DNA of 64,000 nt, taken from assembly GCA_041670045.1 (NCBI GenBank), contig JBAXZY010000001.1, positions 12,213-76,212 on the forward strand, read 5' to 3'. This document shows positions 29,664 through 39,758 of this stretch, piece by piece. Within the stretch, counting starts at the first letter, position 1, and each line of letters begins with the position of its first letter. The notes beneath the pieces are model-generated. The model saw only the letters and a program-made list of their open reading frames with translations. It had not been told where the DNA came from and searched no databases. This stretch comes from Bacilli bacterium. Lineage in GTDB: Bacteria; Bacillota_I; Bacilli_A; RFN20; CAG-288. The translations under genes and the position numbers were made by a program.

Positions 29664-32300
29664 CTACTTCTTAATCTTATTATACTTCTTATTATACTCA
29701 TTTTCGCCGTAATAAGCTTTAAGATACAGGGTTTTTACTTCTGAAATAAGCGGATAACGAGGGTTAGCACCAGTGCATTGATCGTTGAAGGCAGCTTCTG
29801 ACATCTCATCTAAGGTAGCTAAGAATTTATCTTCGGCAATACCGGCATCCTTAATAGTAGCAGGTAACTCGATTTCTCTCTGTAAACCATCAATCTTCTT
29901 AAGAAGTTTATTGAACTTCTCCTGATCGGTCTTGCCAGTAATGCCTAACATTTCAGCAATTTCACAATATCTTCTTAAAGTATGAGGATATTTATACTGA
30001 GGGAAAGTTCCCATCTTAGTCGGAACTTCACCAGCATTGAACTTCATGACTTCCTGTAAAAGTAAGGAAACACAGACACCATGAGGCAGATGATGATAAG
30101 CACCAAGCTTGTGTCCTAAAGAGTGATCAATGCCTAAGAAGGCATTAGCAAAAGCCATACCAGCCATCGTGGCAGCATGAGCCATATGCTCTCTAGCTTC
30201 CGGATCATTGCCTAAATTCTTATAGGCTCTAGGAAGCCAAGTGAAAATTTCCTGGATTGCTTCCTTAGCAATACCATCAGTAAAGACAGTAGCATAAGTA
30301 GAAGCATATGCTTCCATACTATGAGTTAGAGCATCAATACCAGAAGCTCTAGTAAGGCCTTTAGGAATATCTCTCATCAAATCAGAATCGATGATAGCCA
30401 TAGTCGGCATGAGTTCATAATCAGTAATAGGATACTTAGTACCATCTCTCTGATCAGTGATAATGGCAAAAGGAGTGACTTCAGAGCCAGTACCAGCAGT
30501 TGTCGGAACACAGACTAACATAGCCTTAGTTCCCATCTTAGGGAAGGTAACGATTCTCTTTCTGATATCCATGAAATCCATAGCCATATCTTGGAAATTT
30601 GCATCCGGATGTTCGTATAAGACCCACATAATCTTAGCGGCATCCATCGGAGAACCACCGCCTAAAGCGATGATGGCATCAGGCATATAGGAAGCACAAA
30701 GCTTGGCACCTTCTTCAGCACAGGCAAGAGTCGGATCAGGAGCAACATCAGAGAAGACTTCGGTCTGAATTCCTAAATTGTCTAAAACAGTCGTGATCTT
30801 CTTAGAGAAGCCACTCTGATAAAGGAATTTATCAGTAACGACTAAAACTCTCTTACGATCATAAACGGTCTTTAATTCTTCAAGAGCCTTGCTTAAGCAG
30901 CCATTCTTGAAGAAAACCTTACTCGGAGTTCTGAACCAAAGCATATTTTCTCTCCTTTTAGCAACTGTCTTGACATTAAGAAGCTGCTTGACAGTGACAT
31001 TCTCACTGACTGAGTTTCCGCCCCATGAACCGCATCCTAAAGTAAGACTAGGCTTGATTCTGAAATTATAGATATCTCCGATGCCACCTAAGGAAGAAGG
31101 AGTATTAATAAGGATACGGCAGGCCTTCATCTTAGAAGCAAACTCATTAATATGGTCTTTGCCTAAAGCCTCATCAGCATATAAATCAGCTGTATGACCA
31201 AAGCCACCGTCTCTGACAAGACGATCAGCCTTAGTTAAAGCATCCTCAAAGTCCTCAGCCTTATATAAAGCTAGAACTGGGCAAAGCTTTTCATGAGCGA
31301 ATTCTTCACTCTTATCAGTCTTAGTGACTTCACCGATTAAAATCTTAGTGGTTTCAGGAACTTCGAATCCAGCCATCTTAGCAATGACATAAGCCGGTTG
31401 ACCAACAACCTTAGCATTGCTAGAACCGTTGATAATGACAGTGTGTCTGACTTTGTTAAGTTCTTCAGCATTGAGGAAGTAGCAGCCACGGTAAATCATT
31501 TCAGCCTTGACAGCATCATAGACATCCTTAACAGCAATGACTGAGTTTTCACTAGCGCAAATCATACCATTATCGAAAGTCTTTGAATGGATGATAGAGC
31601 TGACAGCCATCTTAACATCAGCTGTCGTATCAATAATGCAAGGAGCGTTTCCCGGACCAACACCGATAGCCGGTTTGCCACTAGAATAAGCAGCTGTAAC
31701 CATACCCGGACCACCAGTAGCTAAGATGCAATCGCAGGTCTTCATTAACTGGTTGGAAGCTTCGATAGAAGGTTCCTGAATCCAGGCAATGATATCCTTA
31801 GGTGCACCAGCTTCAACAGCGGCATCAAGAACAATCTGAGCAGCATGGATAGTGCATTTCTTAGCACGCGGATGAGGGGAGAAAATGATTCCGTTACGAG
31901 TCTTTAAAGCCAATAAGGATTTAAAGATAGCAGTAGAAGTCGGGTTAGTGCAGGGAACAATACCGGCTAAGATTCCTAACGGTTCAGCAATGGTCTCATA
32001 ACCCATATCTTCATCATCTTCTAAAACACCGCAGGTCTTTACTGAACGATAAGTGTTATAGATGTATTCAGAGGCAAAGTGGTTTTTAATAACCTTGTCT
32101 TCTAATACTCCCATTCCGGTTTCAGCTACAGCTTCCTTAGCTAACGGAATACGGGCTTTGTTGGCAGCAATTGCGGCTGCCATAAAAATCTTGTCAACCT
32201 GTTCCTGAGAATAGGTCGAATAGACTTCTTCAGCTTTTCTTACACGTTCAATTAATTCGGTAAGATCTTCACTGGCTTTAACTTTCTGTTCTTCATCCAT
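29664..32300 (-). CDS. adhE: Bifunctional acetaldehyde-CoA/alcohol dehydrogenase
   Basis: 878 aa with an N-terminal ALDH domain and a C-terminal Fe-ADH domain (GGGSPMDAAK, HxxxH). It is followed by a long ~435-nt upstream leader. Confidence 0.95.
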   Translation of the reverse strand: MDEEQKVKASEDLTELIERVRKAEEVYSTYSQEQVDKIFMAAAIAANKARIPLAKEAVAETGMGVLEDKVIKNHFASEYIYNTYRSVKTCGVLEDDEDMGYETIAEPLGILAGIVPCTNPTSTAIFKSLLALKTRNGIIFSPHPRAKKCTIHAAQIVLDAAVEAGAPKDIIAWIQEPSIEASNQLMKTCDCILATGGPGMVTAAYSSGKPAIGVGPGNAPCIIDTTADVKMAVSSIIHSKTFDNGMICASENSVIAVKDVYDAVKAEMIYRGCYFLNAEELNKVRHTVIINGSSNAKVVGQPAYVIAKMAGFEVPETTKILIGEVTKTDKSEEFAHEKLCPVLALYKAEDFEDALTKADRLVRDGGFGHTADLYADEALGKDHINEFASKMKACRILINTPSSLGGIGDIYNFRIKPSLTLGCGSWGGNSVSENVTVKQLLNVKTVAKRRENMLWFRTPSKVFFKNGCLSKALEELKTVYDRKRVLVVTDKFLYQSGFSKKITTVLDNLGIQTEVFSDVAPDPTLACAEEGAKLCASYMPDAIIALGGGSPMDAAKIMWVLYEHPDANFQDMAMDFMDIRKRIVTFPKMGTKAMLVCVPTTAGTGSEVTPFAIITDQRDGTKYPITDYELMPTMAIIDSDLMRDIPKGLTRASGIDALTHSMEAYASTYATVFTDGIAKEAIQEIFTWLPRAYKNLGNDPEAREHMAHAATMAGMAFANAFLGIDHSLGHKLGAYHHLPHGVCVSLLLQEVMKFNAGEVPTKMGTFPQYKYPHTLRRYCEIAEMLGITGKTDQEKFNKLLKKIDGLQREIELPATIKDAGIAEDKFLATLDEMSEAAFNDQCTGANPRYPLISEVKTLYLKAYYGENEYNKKYNKIKK

Positions 32301-32736
32301 GATAGATATTATCCTCCTATCATTACTTCGAAAAGTATAATCGATTTGCGCAATCTTGTAAATATAAAAACGCTCATTTTAGCCATATTTTGATTGTTTT
32401 GCTTATATTTTGCGCACTAGATGTAGAAACACGCATTTTTGTTTTGCTTATTATGCACTTTGAATGCAGTTTTAAAAAAACAATGTTCACTAAAACCCCT
32501 TTTTGATACATTTCTCCTATCAAAATGCTTTTTCTTTTAAGCACCTTTTTAAGAAATTTACTCTTTTCAAATCATTTTCAACCGCAAAAACAGTCACAAA
32601 AATCACAAAGACGGCATCTTATCTTTTCATTACCTATTTTATGGCAAACTTTTTATTGAAACTCTAACCTCTTTATGGTATTCTTTATAAGCACGTTTTT
32701 TAACGGTGAGAAGAATTAACTTAGGAGGATAGCTAT

Positions 32737-33048
32737 ATGTCAAGAATATGCCCAATTACTGGAAAAGGTCCGATGAGTGGTAATAATGTCTCTCATTCTA
32801 TGAGACATACCCGTCGCAGATGGAATGTCAACCTTCAGAAAACAACCATCATGGTTGATGGCAAGAAGGTCAAGGTCCGTCTTTCTACTAGTGCCTTACG
32901 TACTTTAAGAAAGAACGCCAAGGTCGCTAAGCCGGTTGCTGCCAAAGCTGCCGAAGTAAAGCCGGAAGCTGTCAAGACCGAAGCTGCCCCTAAGGCTGCT
33001 GAAGTTAAGACTGAAGTCAAAGCTGAAGCCAAGACTGAAGCTAAGTAG
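32737..33048 (+). CDS. rpmB: 50S ribosomal protein L28 with a ~40-aa Ala/Lys/Glu/Pro-rich C-terminal extension
   Basis: '[35 protein letters not shown]' is the L28 core. The tail '[40 protein letters not shown]' is additional to it. Confidence 0.9.
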   Translation: MSRICPITGKGPMSGNNVSHSMRHTRRRWNVNLQKTTIMVDGKKVKVRLSTSALRTLRKNAKVAKPVAAKAAEVKPEAVKTEAAPKAAEVKTEVKAEAKTEAK

Positions 33049-33265
33049 TTTTATCTTTCTTTAAAAAACTTAGAGCTGTTGCCAGAATACTGGTTACAGC
33101 TCTTTTTGTTATTGATTTTTCAATTGATGATATTAAAAAGTCTTCTCTTATCTTTGATTAACTCAATGAAAAAAGTCTCTGCTTTCAATCAATGTCAGTA
33201 GTATTTTTTATTACTACCAATTGACTAGAGCAAAGACTTTTTAATTAGCAGAAAAAAATATCTTA

Positions 33266-33949
33266 TTAAATCAGTTTAACGGCAATCATGTCTATGAAAA
33301 GCAAGAAGGCAACCACATTCTCAGAAATCAGGTAGATCCATTCATATAAGGCAAAGAAGTTTACTTTAGGTTTCACGTAATAGACAGCTCCGTTTTCTTC
33401 AGTTCGATCCATCTTGCACCAATTCAGAAGCTTTTTGTTGAATAAAGCAAAGAAACTGAAGAATCCAATGACTCCGATGATGACTTCAATGACGACATTG
33501 ATATCTTCCGGATTAAGGGCAGCACCTGGCATAACCGTGGTGAAGGAGCAAAGGATGCAGGCAAAGGCAAAGGAGAAGAAGCTAGCGGCGGCAAAGGCAA
33601 TATGAGCCTTGTATTGGCTTAAAGAAAGAAGATTGGACACTAATAGAGACAAGGATGAGAAAGCAAAGAGTGAGCCTAATATAATTCCATAAGTGGAATT
33701 AAGGGAGTAGAAGAAGAAAAAGAAACCCAAAGCTAAAGCAAACATATCAATGATTGCAATTATATAAAGGAAGATCTTCGGAAGCTTAGACATCTCCGTA
33801 TAGAACTGTGAAGGATAGGAATTGCGTAGATGGCAGCGATTAGGTTTGCTGACTAAGGAATTGAAATAAAGAAGAAGACAGAAGTAAGCCATAGCACTAG
33901 CAAAGCCGACTATCAAAAACACATTACTTAGACCAAAGAAGTTATTCAT
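33266..33949 (-). CDS. Hypothetical integral membrane protein (~6 TM) at the position occupied by thiN in the B. subtilis cluster
   Basis: 227 aa, very hydrophobic, with no recognisable motif. A role as an ECF-type substrate-binding component is only speculation. Confidence 0.4.
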   Translation of the reverse strand: MNNFFGLSNVFLIVGFASAMAYFCLLLYFNSLVSKPNRCHLRNSYPSQFYTEMSKLPKIFLYIIAIIDMFALALGFFFFFYSLNSTYGIILGSLFAFSSLSLLVSNLLSLSQYKAHIAFAAASFFSFAFACILCSFTTVMPGAALNPEDINVVIEVIIGVIGFFSFFALFNKKLLNWCKMDRTEENGAVYYVKPKVNFFALYEWIYLISENVVAFLLFIDMIAVKLI

Positions 33950-34637
33950 GACTTAAGCCTCCCTTATTAATAGCTAGATGAACATCATCTAGTGCTTTCT
34001 TTCGATCAGGGGCATGGAAGAAATAAGATCCCATGACTAAGAAATCAGCTCCGTTTTGATAACATAGAGGTCCGGTGATTTCATTCAATCCACCATCGAC
34101 TCCGATTTGGAAATTAAGTTTATTCATCTTTCTGATCTGATCGAGTCTCTTAACCTTATTTTCGGATCCTGGAATATAGCTTTGCCCGCCTTTTCCAGGC
34201 ACGACTGACATTACTAGGAAGAAATCAAACATGCTAGCTAAGCCGATAACCAAGGAGACATCAGTTTCAGGAGAAAAAGCCAATCCGAATTTCACATCAG
34301 GAAAGTCTTTTCTCAGTTTCCGGTATTTACGGTATTTGTTGTGCAGCGCTTCGTAATGGAAAGAAATCTCTTTAGCTCCTAAAAGAGCAAACTGCCTAGC
34401 TTGCCTTAAAGGATCTTCAGTCATCAGATGAACATCGAATGTAATCTTCTTGGAATATTTGTCATTGACTGATTTAAAGAATGGTTCTCCAAAAGAAATA
34501 TTGTCAACGAATGTTCCGTCCATGACATCAAAATGGCAGTGCGTTATCTTCAGCGCTGTCAAAGACCTGAGGTCTTTCTTTAAATCGGTGAAATCAGAAG
34601 AGAGAAGACTGGGTCGAATCAGAGTTTCTTTTTCCAT
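33942..34637 (-). CDS. rpe: Ribulose-phosphate 3-epimerase
   Basis: 'HFDVMDGTFVDNISFG', 'DVHLM' and 'GVDGG' match Rpe. It lies downstream of rsgA as in Firmicutes. Confidence 0.8.
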   Translation of the reverse strand: MEKETLIRPSLLSSDFTDLKKDLRSLTALKITHCHFDVMDGTFVDNISFGEPFFKSVNDKYSKKITFDVHLMTEDPLRQARQFALLGAKEISFHYEALHNKYRKYRKLRKDFPDVKFGLAFSPETDVSLVIGLASMFDFFLVMSVVPGKGGQSYIPGSENKVKRLDQIRKMNKLNFQIGVDGGLNEITGPLCYQNGADFLVMGSYFFHAPDRKKALDDVHLAINKGGLSHE

Positions 34638-35521
34638 ACGTCATTAGCTTTCACTTCTTCATATATTTTAACGTAATTAGCGTAAGAATCATCAGAAAGT
34701 TTCTTCTCTTTGATATTTTCTAAGATACTGCACCCTTTAGTATTAGGAAGATGCAGGCAATCCTTGAATTTGCATTCACCATAATGAGATTCAAATCCTG
34801 GGAAGAAAGTAGCTAAATCAATTGGTTTCATCTCTAAAAGCTTTAGGTCCGAAAAGCCAGGGGTATCATAAATGAAGCCGTCCTGATAAGGAAGAAGAAT
34901 CACTTCCTTAGTGATATGTCTTCCTCGTCCTCCAGAAACCTGAAGGGAATCGACTTTGCGGTTGAATTCCGGATCAATTAAATTAATGAGAGTTGATTTA
35001 CCAACGCCGGTCTGACCCACAAATGCGGCTTTCTTCCCTTTTAGGAAAGCAATCAAGGCCGGAAAATCAAACTTTGTCTTATCATGACAATCCAAAAAGA
35101 AAACCTGATACTTAAGTTCCTGATAATAAGAAAGTCTTTTCTTCAAAGAAGTAAGCTGTCTCTTGTTCAATAAATCAGCTTTTGTAATAACAATGTTGGC
35201 TTTCAAAGAACTGAAATTAATCAGGGAAAGGAACTTATCCAGTAGATAAGAAGAGAAATCAGGATCTTTAGCCGATACCAAAACCAGAATCTCATCGGCA
35301 TTAGCAAGACGAGGTCTTTTCAGCAAAGAAGTTCTTTCCTTGACTTTAGCAATCATGGATTGAGAATCAAGAGTGACTTCATCGCCGATTAAGATCTTTT
35401 CATCATTATAAAAGGCTTTACCTCTTCTTTCATGAAGAGAAACCGCCTTAGTAACAGGATTATAGAGTTGATAGCCTAAAGAACAGGAGGAGAGAACCAA
35501 AAAGTAATCACTACTTGCCAT
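34619..35521 (-). CDS. rsgA: Ribosome small-subunit-dependent GTPase A
   Basis: It is a circularly permuted GTPase: 'VTKADL' (G4) precedes 'GQTGVGKSTLIN' (G1). The C-terminal zinc finger is 'CKFKDCLHLPNTKGC'. Confidence 0.9.
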   Translation of the reverse strand: MASSDYFLVLSSCSLGYQLYNPVTKAVSLHERRGKAFYNDEKILIGDEVTLDSQSMIAKVKERTSLLKRPRLANADEILVLVSAKDPDFSSYLLDKFLSLINFSSLKANIVITKADLLNKRQLTSLKKRLSYYQELKYQVFFLDCHDKTKFDFPALIAFLKGKKAAFVGQTGVGKSTLINLIDPEFNRKVDSLQVSGGRGRHITKEVILLPYQDGFIYDTPGFSDLKLLEMKPIDLATFFPGFESHYGECKFKDCLHLPNTKGCSILENIKEKKLSDDSYANYVKIYEEVKANDVWKKKL

Positions 35522-36497
35522 TTAGCTTTTCCTTTTTAGCTGCCTTAGCTGCCCTCTTCAAAGCCATCTTCTGTTGCTTCTCAACCCGTTTAGCCTCATT
35601 GTCAGGTGAATGCGGATGGAATAAATTATAAATGAAGCTAGTCTTCTCCTGCAGCATCGAGGGGTTCTTCAGGATCTTCTCAATATCTTTTCGCATCTCT
35701 TCAGCTGAAATATAACGATCAACCGGATTCTTCATGCAGGCTTTATAAATGATGTTCTCAATGCATTCCGGAGTCTTAGGATTGTACTTCTTGACAGAAG
35801 GGAACTTTTCATTGATATGCATTAAGGCAACAGTCACCGGACTATCAGAATCAAAAGGAACACGACCAGTGATCAATTCGAAGAAAGTAATACCCATTGA
35901 ATAAATATCGCTTCTTTCACTGGCAGGATTTCCTTGAGATATTTCAGGAGCCATATAATGAACAGAGCCTATAACAACTTCTGATCTAGTGACATGATTG
36001 CAGTTCTGAAAAGTGGCAATTCCAAAATCGCCTAGCTTAATAGTGCCATCAGTCGTCAGGAAAATATTCTGAGGTTTGATGTCACGATGAATGACTCCGT
36101 GCTGATGAGCATACATGGCAGCCGAGCAAAGCTGATACATAATATCGCAGGCTTCCAAAAAAGAGAACTTGCCCCTGATGTCCAAAACCTGTCTCAAAGT
36201 CTGCCCATTGATGAATTCGTTGACCATATAGGGAAGTCCTTGATAGGAGCCGACATTGACAACCTTGACAATATTCTGATGATTTAAAGAAGCCGCTGCT
36301 CTAGCTTCCCTTTCAAAACGGGCGAAGTTAGTCTTATTGGCAGCCGTTTCCGGTTTCATCATCTTGATGGCGACATCCTTGTCAGTAATCAAGTCATGAG
36401 CTTTATAAACAACCGCCATTCCTCCCTCACCTAACGTGAAGAGAATCTTGTAGCGGTCATCGATAACTTCATTGTCGCGTTTTAACTCATCTGTCAT
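35511..36497 (-). CDS. Ser/Thr protein kinase (PknB/PrkC-like catalytic domain only; no TM segment or PASTA repeats)
   Basis: 'VAIKMM', 'HRDIKPQNIFL', 'DFGIA' and 'APE' are all present. The protein is 328 aa and ends in a Lys/Ala-rich tail. Confidence 0.85.
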   Translation of the reverse strand: MTDELKRDNEVIDDRYKILFTLGEGGMAVVYKAHDLITDKDVAIKMMKPETAANKTNFARFEREARAAASLNHQNIVKVVNVGSYQGLPYMVNEFINGQTLRQVLDIRGKFSFLEACDIMYQLCSAAMYAHQHGVIHRDIKPQNIFLTTDGTIKLGDFGIATFQNCNHVTRSEVVIGSVHYMAPEISQGNPASERSDIYSMGITFFELITGRVPFDSDSPVTVALMHINEKFPSVKKYNPKTPECIENIIYKACMKNPVDRYISAEEMRKDIEKILKNPSMLQEKTSFIYNLFHPHSPDNEAKRVEKQQKMALKRAAKAAKKEKLNGK

Positions 36498-37264
36498 TAT
36501 GGTTTCTCCAAAACGGCTACGGCAACATTATCATTGCCTCCGCCTGCTAAAGCTTTGCTGATTAATTCCCGGCATTTGCTGTCGGAAGACAAACTATCGT
36601 TCTTTAAAGTCGATATGATACCTTGATCATCAACCATGTTGTATAAACCATCTGAGCAAAGAAGAAGGACATCATAGTCTTCATCAAGAATCGAAGTTTC
36701 TTCTACTTGTGAAAGATCAGGGTTGATTCCAACTGCGTTTACAAGAAGGTTTCTCTGTGGATGAGTCTTAATATCATTACGATTAATCTTACCAGCTTCA
36801 AACAGCAATTCAACGTAGGTCTGGTCAGTTGTCCTTAAAACCAACCCATCCTTCTTAGAATAAGTGTAACAGCGGCTATCACCAACAGCAGTGACTAAAA
36901 CACCGTTTTTGGTCTTCAAAGCTGAAACAGCGGTAGTTCCCATTTCCTTGAATTCGCCTTCCAATGACATCTTATAGATTTCCTTATTGGCTTTCTTCAA
37001 AGCTTTGTTGACAAATCTTTTAGCTGACAAAAAAGAGAATTCATGGCGAGTGCTAGCAAAAGAAAGAGCCAAGGAATCAACAACGATTTTTGAAGCCACT
37101 TCGCCCTTACGGTGGCCTCCCATTCCATCAGCGACAACTAACAAAGCGCCATACTGGCAAGAAGCCACATAAGCGGCATCCTCATTATTAAGACGCTTAT
37201 TTCCCTTATCGCTTAAACAGGCAATCTTCTCTTTCAAAAGAAGAGATTTATTTTCCTTTTGCAT
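36497..37264 (-). CDS. stp: PP2C-family Ser/Thr phosphatase (Stp/PrpC-like)
   Basis: 'DGMGGH' and 'DNVAVAVL' fit PP2C metal-binding motifs. It sits upstream of the kinase as in the stp-pknB pair. Confidence 0.85.
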   Translation of the reverse strand: MQKENKSLLLKEKIACLSDKGNKRLNNEDAAYVASCQYGALLVVADGMGGHRKGEVASKIVVDSLALSFASTRHEFSFLSAKRFVNKALKKANKEIYKMSLEGEFKEMGTTAVSALKTKNGVLVTAVGDSRCYTYSKKDGLVLRTTDQTYVELLFEAGKINRNDIKTHPQRNLLVNAVGINPDLSQVEETSILDEDYDVLLLCSDGLYNMVDDQGIISTLKNDSLSSDSKCRELISKALAGGGNDNVAVAVLEKP

Positions 37265-38291
37265 ATTTAGCCCTCAGCTGTCCACAGGCAGCATCAATAT
37301 CACTTCCGAATTCCTTGCGGATAGTAGACTTAACGCCTTTGGAAAGAAGATATTCATGGAAATCAGAAACGTTGCAGTCCGGGCTTCTTTCAAAGCCGTT
37401 CTCCATAACCGGATTATAAGGAATCAGGTTCACGTAGGCGAATGTTGGAGCAATCAAATTAAACAACTCATGAGCTTCTCTTTCAGAATCGTTGATATCC
37501 TTGATTAAAATATATTCGAAAGTAACTCTTCTTCCGGAATCCTTCTGATATTGAATGATTGCCGGAATCAAGACTTCCAAAGGATAAGCTTTATTGATAG
37601 GCATCAGTCTATCTCGTAAGGCATTAGTCGGAGCATGTAAAGAAATGGCAAGATTGACTTGCAGTCCTTCCTTACCGAATTTAACAATCTTGGGGGCAAT
37701 GCCGCAAGTAGAGACGGTGATATGTCTAGCTCCAATATCAATTCCAAAAGGTGAATTGATGGTTCGAATAAAAGAGAGCACATTATCGTAGTTATCAAAA
37801 GGCTCACCTGTGCCCATGACAACCACATGGGTGACACCTAATGAAGGATCTTTTTTCTTCAGATATTTATCAAAAGCCAATACCTGACCTAACATTTCAT
37901 GAGGCAGTAAAGCCCGTTTCTTCTTCAGCAAGCCAGAGGCACAGAAAGCACATGACATATTGCAGCCAACTTCGCTTGTCACACAAACGGAGTAGCCGTA
38001 AATGTAGTGCATCAAAACGCCTTCCACTTCCTCACCATCATCCAACTTAAAAAGACACTTCACAGTGCCGTCACGAGATTCCTGCGTGACTACCGGAGTA
38101 GGCAAAGCAAAATTATAGTTCTTCTTTAATACTTCCCGGAAATCCTTGGAGATATCAGTCATCTCATCAAAAGAGGAAACATTCTTTTTATACAGCCAAC
38201 TATAAATCTGTTTGGAACGGAACTTCGACTGACCAAGACTGATCATCTCATTAGTCATATCTTCCAGAGATAAGGAATAAATGCTTTTCAT
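37248..38291 (-). CDS. rlmN: 23S rRNA/tRNA adenine-C2 methyltransferase RlmN (radical SAM)
   Basis: 'CNMSCAFCASG' is the CxxxCxxC radical-SAM cluster. It occupies the expected position between the rsmB-like gene and stp. Confidence 0.9.
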   Translation of the reverse strand: MKSIYSLSLEDMTNEMISLGQSKFRSKQIYSWLYKKNVSSFDEMTDISKDFREVLKKNYNFALPTPVVTQESRDGTVKCLFKLDDGEEVEGVLMHYIYGYSVCVTSEVGCNMSCAFCASGLLKKKRALLPHEMLGQVLAFDKYLKKKDPSLGVTHVVVMGTGEPFDNYDNVLSFIRTINSPFGIDIGARHITVSTCGIAPKIVKFGKEGLQVNLAISLHAPTNALRDRLMPINKAYPLEVLIPAIIQYQKDSGRRVTFEYILIKDINDSEREAHELFNLIAPTFAYVNLIPYNPVMENGFERSPDCNVSDFHEYLLSKGVKSTIRKEFGSDIDAACGQLRAKYAKGK

Positions 38292-39565
38292 TAGTTGTCT
38301 CTCCTTAAAAGGCAGTAATAGCCGCCATCGCTATCCATCTCCATCGGATAAACATATTTTTCCTTAATGACACCGAAGTTCTTCTTGACGTTCAAGAACT
38401 GCTGGACAATGTCATGTCCTTCATTGTTGAGAATAGCGGAATTGATGAAAAGAAGATATCCTTCCTTCTTTACAAATTCGCTCGACTCCAATAAATCAGC
38501 CAGCTGCTTCTTGCAGCAGTTAGTGATGTGCTTCTTAGTCAGGGAAGGAAGAGAACCTGGATGTTTGCGACTAGTTCCGATCAAGGAATCATAGCCTTCA
38601 TTGACAACTAAATCAAAGTTATCGTATTCCTGATAAGTCTTGATCAAGGCTACCGGAGAGAGCAGGGGAGAAACAGTATTCAGGTTAAGCTTCTGCTTTT
38701 CATCAATGGCAAGACGATAGGTAAGAGGATTGCTGTAACTAGTCAAGATCGTGGCACCATAGAAGTCCTTCGTCTTCATAGCAAAATAAATGCCGCTGTC
38801 AGGATAATGAGAATCAGTGAATAGGATTCTAGGGCTGACAGAGGGAATGCTGACTTCGGCATAAGCTAAAGCAGCAATATAGTCCAGACGGTATAATTCA
38901 CCGGTCTTCAGTTCCTTAGGAAGAACAGAGCCGGTATCTTTATAAATAATCTGCCCATCGCTTAACTTGATAGCTGTGAATCTCTTATCATTGACATAAT
39001 TATCCATCGGTTTAATGAATAAATTAGCGGCATAGAAATTCACCGGCTTTTTGTGCAGTTCAAGAGAAAGCTTTACGGCGGTCTCACCACCTAATTCCTT
39101 GAACATTTCACCTAAAAGGAATTCCGGCATTTCCAAAGTCAAGGAATCATAGGCTAAAGGAAGTGCTTTGACTTCATCTGGTATTTTAAAAGGAGTCTTA
39201 ATCGCATTGGTCAATAAAGCCGCGTTAGCTTTAGCATCACCGGAAAGACGTAAACGGTTGAAGGCATCAACATAAGCGTTAGCAATGATCTTTTGGTCAT
39301 CCTTCAGTACACGTAACTGATACAAAGCCACAATATTCAAAAAGGTTTCATCATCGCCTTTCTTATATTCGGTAAAGACATTCATGGCATCAAAGCAAAG
39401 CTTGTTGTAGTTATTAAGAACTCCGTAAACCACAGCTTTTACTTTCTTGGCCTGAAGAGGAGCGACCTTTTCAGTCTGCAGGATTTTGAAAAGAGTGGGG
39501 GAATAAGGTTTCCTCTCTGAGACAATTTGCTTAACGGCAAGATATGCTGGTACTAAATCTTCCAT
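38291..39565 (-). CDS. RsmB/Sun-like protein with a NusB-like N-terminal domain; the methyltransferase motifs are degenerate, so it is likely non-catalytic
   Basis: 424 aa at the rsmB position. The C-terminus 'GYYCLLRRD' is like the RsmB end. Motif IV 'DAPCSG' is replaced by 'NEGYDSL' and motif VI 'STCS' by 'NSAI', so both catalytic Cys residues appear absent. Confidence 0.5.
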   Translation of the reverse strand: MEDLVPAYLAVKQIVSERKPYSPTLFKILQTEKVAPLQAKKVKAVVYGVLNNYNKLCFDAMNVFTEYKKGDDETFLNIVALYQLRVLKDDQKIIANAYVDAFNRLRLSGDAKANAALLTNAIKTPFKIPDEVKALPLAYDSLTLEMPEFLLGEMFKELGGETAVKLSLELHKKPVNFYAANLFIKPMDNYVNDKRFTAIKLSDGQIIYKDTGSVLPKELKTGELYRLDYIAALAYAEVSIPSVSPRILFTDSHYPDSGIYFAMKTKDFYGATILTSYSNPLTYRLAIDEKQKLNLNTVSPLLSPVALIKTYQEYDNFDLVVNEGYDSLIGTSRKHPGSLPSLTKKHITNCCKKQLADLLESSEFVKKEGYLLFINSAILNNEGHDIVQQFLNVKKNFGVIKEKYVYPMEMDSDGGYYCLLRRDN

Positions 39566-39758
39566 ATTTTTTACGACCTATCGTCTAATTATAGCTGAAA
39601 TCATAGTATAAATTAAGACTTTCACAGCAAAAGTTTGGTAATAATGTGAAAATAACTCTCTCATAGAACGATTTCAGTCAAAAAAGACGATTTTTTCCTT
39701 TCTAAAACAAAAAAGAGCAAGGAAGAAGCCTTCACTTGCTCAATAGTTTTACCTGCGA

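Noticed and set aside
32301-32736. Looked for a Rex operator (TTGTGAAnnnnTTCACAA) or other redox-regulator site upstream of adhE
   Set aside because: Only weak half-site-like fragments (ttgcgcaa, caatgttcac) were seen and no convincing inverted repeat, so nothing is called.
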